A DNA stretch of 64,000 nucleotides from Scenedesmus sp. PABB004 (taxonomy: Eukaryota): positions 372,001 to 436,000 of the forward strand of contig CM026547.1 of assembly GCA_014905635.1 (NCBI GenBank), in the 5' to 3' direction. Shown in pieces: positions 60,702 to 64,000 of the stretch. The notes beneath the pieces were generated by a model, which saw nothing but the letters and a program-made list of their open reading frames with translations, searched no databases and was not told the origin of the DNA. A program made the position numbers and the translations under genes. Position 1 is the first letter of the stretch. Every line of letters begins with the position of its first letter.

Positions 60702-61141
60702 GCGGGCAAGCCTGGGCGTCCGTCGCGCCCCGCGGCGTCGGCTGCGCCGCCCCAGGGAGGCCGTGGCAGCGACGCGACTGCTACCCGGGTCAGGGCCTCC
60801 CGCCTCGCGGTGGCTGCAGCCCGCGAGCCAACGCCGCAGCTCGGGCACTGATCGGTGCCGCTCTAGGACCTTGTTGAGCGGTCGCGGCGGCTCCGCGCCT
60901 GCTGCGGCACGAGTGCACGCCCCCCGCCCCGGCGCGCGGCCCTTCAGCGCTGAGAGGCCGGGGGAGGCCAGTTCGACCGCGTTGGCCGGGCGGCGGAGCG
61001 GCGGCGGCCCACTTGCTGCGCGCGGCGTCACCAGGGGCCGGCGGCGCGACGCGCGACGCTTTCTCCGCTCCTTCCGCCCGCGGCGTGCGGGCCGCAGGCC
61101 TGCGGCGGGCGCCGCCTGCGGCACGCTCCGCCGCCCCGGCC

Positions 61142-64000
61142 TCACGCGTCGCAGAGGTTGAGCGCGTCGAGCACGTCCTCCATCGTGGCGGAGTAGTCGC
61201 CGTGGCCGTTCACCAGGCGGCTGAGGTTAACGTTCTCCACGCCCGGCACGTCGACCTGCCAGATGCCTGCGGCCTGCGTCCAGATGCTGCTGGAGGAGTG
61301 CACGCGGTACCTGCGGCGCACAGGCGGTCGGGCGCGTGGCGCGTGTGACGTGGCCGCGCCGCGCGGCCCGGCGCGCGCTGCGCTGCGCGGCGCGGCAGCC
61401 CCGCAGCTCACAGCAGGCCCAGCGTCCAGTCGTTCACCGAGTAGCCATTTATGAGCCGCCCCGCGACCACGGCGCGCGCGGCGCACCAGCGGTCGGGCCT
61501 GGCGGCGCCGCCCACGGGCGGCAGCACGGGCCGTGAGCGCGGGGCGAGCCGCGGGGGCGCGCGGCGAGCCGCCGGGGCGCGGCGCGGCGCGGCGGTGCGG
61601 CGCGCGCCTGCAGCTGAGCGGCGCGCCCAGCAGGACCGCGTTCTCGACCACGCCGCGCGCGCCGAGGCGGTGCAGCTCAAGCAGGCAGTGGAAGACCAGG
61701 CGGGCGCCCATGCTGCAGCCGACGAGCGTCACGGGCCGCCCGCCGTGGCAGCCCTGCGCGAGCTGCATGGCCAGCATCTTGCCCGCCGCCTGCGCGCGGC
61801 GCAGCGCGACGAGCCACTTGCTCCCAAAAGCGACCTTCAAGGCTGTCGTCACCGTCATGGGTATTGCGAGCGCGCCGACCAGGCCTGCGCGGCGCGCGGG
61901 CGGGGCCGTGGGCGGGTGGGGAGGGCGGCCCCGCGGCGCCCGCGCCCGCGGCAGCGGCGGTCCCGCCACCCGGCCGCGCGCTGTGCGCGCTGTGGACCAC
62001 CGCGGCGCCCGCACCGGTGTAGAGGAAGGTCTGGATCGTGCGCGTGGTCACCTGGGTGAGCGCCTGCTGCGCGAGGAACGTGCCGAGCGCGCCGCCCAGC
62101 TCCTGCGCGCCGGCGGCGGCGCCGCGGCGGCGGCGGCGGCGGCGCGGTCGGCGGCGCTGCCGCGCGGCGCTCGCGCGCGGGCGCGCACTGCGCCGCGCAG
62201 GCTCTGTGCAGGCTCCTGACCTTGAGGCACTCGAGCTCCCAGACGAGCGCGAAGCGGTCGCAGTCGCGGCTCGGCAGAGTCGCCCAGGGCGCCACAAAGT
62301 CCTCCACGGCGGCGATGCAGCAGCCGTTGGCCGCGATCGTCAGCGCGAGCCGCGTCTCGCCGTCGGCCGCGTGCTGCGGGTTGACCGGGGTCGGCAGGAG
62401 CGGCACGAAGACCGGCTTGGGCGGCGGCTTGCGCGAGAACAGGCCGCCCAGGCCACGAGGCGCGGGCGCCGCCGCCGCGGCGGGCTGCTGCTGCTGCTGC
62501 TGCTCCGGCGGCTGCTCCGGCGGCTGCTCCGGCTGCTGCTGCGCCGGCGGCGGCGACGACGCCTGCTGCAGCGGCCGCTCCTGCTGCTCCTGCTGCTCCG
62601 GCGCGGCAGCCGCCCCGGGCGTGCCGCCGCCGCCGGCGGCCGTGGGCGTCGCGGGCGTGCTGCTGGGGCTGCTGACGTACTCGCAGCGAAACTGCTCCGC
62701 GTCCTCGTCGCTGTCTGCGTTGAACGCGTCGGCGTTCAGCTCGAGCGTCTTGGAGCGCACACGCGCCGGGCGCGCGTCCTCAGCGTCCTCAGCGTCCTCG
62801 GCGTCCTCGGCTGCCGCCGGCGAGGCCTGCAGCACGGCCGCGCCGCCGCCGCCGCCGCCGGCCGCGGCGGCGGGGCTGGGCCCGAACAGCCGCTGCAGCA
62901 GGCCCTGCTGGGCCGGCTGCGGCTCTCCCTGCACGCCGCCCTGCGCCGGCGCGCCCGCGCCGCCGGCCGGCGCCGGCTGCTGCCGCTGCGCCTGCGCCTG
63001 CGCCTCCTCCTCGAGCGCGGCGGGGCCCTTGCCGTCGACGTAGATGCTCTGCCCGAGGTCATAGAACCCAAACTGAGTGATCTCGCCCCACAGCCGCCCG
63101 GCGGAGCCGCCGCCCACGGACGCGCCCCACGCGCCAAACAGCCCCGTCACGGCCGCGGTGCCCGCGGTCGACCCCGCCGCGCCCGCCACGGCCGCGGCGG
63201 CCGCCGCGCCGCCGTGCACGAGCGAGACCGCCGCACCGAGGCCCGCCGCGATGGCTGGGGCCGCGAGACCGCCCGTTATTGCCAGCAGCGCACCGCCGCC
63301 CACGGCGGCGGCGCCGACCTTGAGGTACGCCAGCGAGCCGCTGCTGCCGTACCGCGGCTGATGGGTGGCCGGGTCGACGTTCAGCGCCTGGCTGGCCCAC
63401 ATCTGCTCAAAAGCGCGCACCTGCCCCCACGGCACGCGCAGCCAGTGCGCGACGCGCTTGACCGCCACGCGCGCGCGCGCGTCATACAGCTGCACGGCCG
63501 CAACTCCCTCGTCCCGCGCGCCCGGCGCGGCCGGCGCCTCCGGCCGCGCCTTGGCGGCGGTGCCGCCAGTGCCGCTGCCGCTGCCGCCGCCGCCGCCGCC
63601 GCCCGTGGCAGGGCCAGCCGCCGGCTCGTCCGCGGGAAACCAGGCCGCCGCCGGCCGCGGCGTGCTGCCGCTGCCGCTGCTGTCGGCGCGCGCCGCCGCC
63701 TCCGGCTGCTCGCCGCCGCCGCCGCCGCCCGCGCTCGCGCCGCTGCCGGCGCGCGCGAGGCGCCGCGCCGCGGCCGCCGCCGCGGCGGGCGCCGACGCGG
63801 GCTCGACCGCGGCCGCCGCAAGGAGCAGCGGCTCGAGCGCCGCGTCTGTGTTGGCGGCGATGCAGCCGCCGATGAGCTCGTACAACGCCAGCACCGCCTT
63901 GTGGCTGGTGCTGTGCGAGAAGTGCTCAGCCGGGGCAAAAGTGGCAGCGGGGACGATGCTGCCCTCGTCCGCCTCGCGCGGCAGCACGTCGACGGCCGCG
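61142..64000 (-). CDS. DUF726 / TMCO4-like alpha/beta-hydrolase-fold membrane protein; 5' end off-window
   Basis: YDARARV, VGGGALLAITGGLAAPAI, ALVWE, GRPVTLVGCSMGARLVFHCL, VENAVLLGAP, VAGRLINGYSVNDWTL, GVENVNLSRLVNGHGDY. Confidence 0.9.

Overview
Very GC-rich, gene-dense eukaryotic nuclear DNA. Short GC-rich spliceosomal introns, TGTAA poly(A) signals and the gene families point to a chlorophyte green alga, probably Sphaeropleales (inference). Most six-frame ORFs are GC-driven noise, so genes were assembled by hand across introns. About 21 protein genes, left to right: SMC4 (3' end off-window), a UVR+SnoaL protein, proline iminopeptidase, an orphan, a TLC-domain protein, NAC-alpha, a coiled-coil protein, COX15, ClpR2, a SERAC1-like hydrolase, an intronless GT4 glycosyltransferase, ALG14, an orphan, an F-box/LRR protein, a Nei-type glycosylase with a SAP domain, DUF4202, a second F-box/LRR protein, Borealin, a Ser/Thr kinase, a secreted papain-protease/LysM-like/LRR multidomain protein, and DUF726/TMCO4 (5' end off-window). 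Highlights: (1) the secreted C1 protease+LysM-like+LRR protein, a candidate algal sensor-effector; (2) two box C/D snoRNAs (U27/snR74-like and U80/snR60-like) in one intron; (3) an 893-bp, ~99% identical inverted duplication bracketing a 3.8-kb cassette; (4) unusually many GC-AG introns (17 located); (5) a speculative telomerase-RNA-like structure around CTAAACCCT. Some single-base frameshifts look like assembly errors. All family assignments come from recognising motifs, not from database searches.
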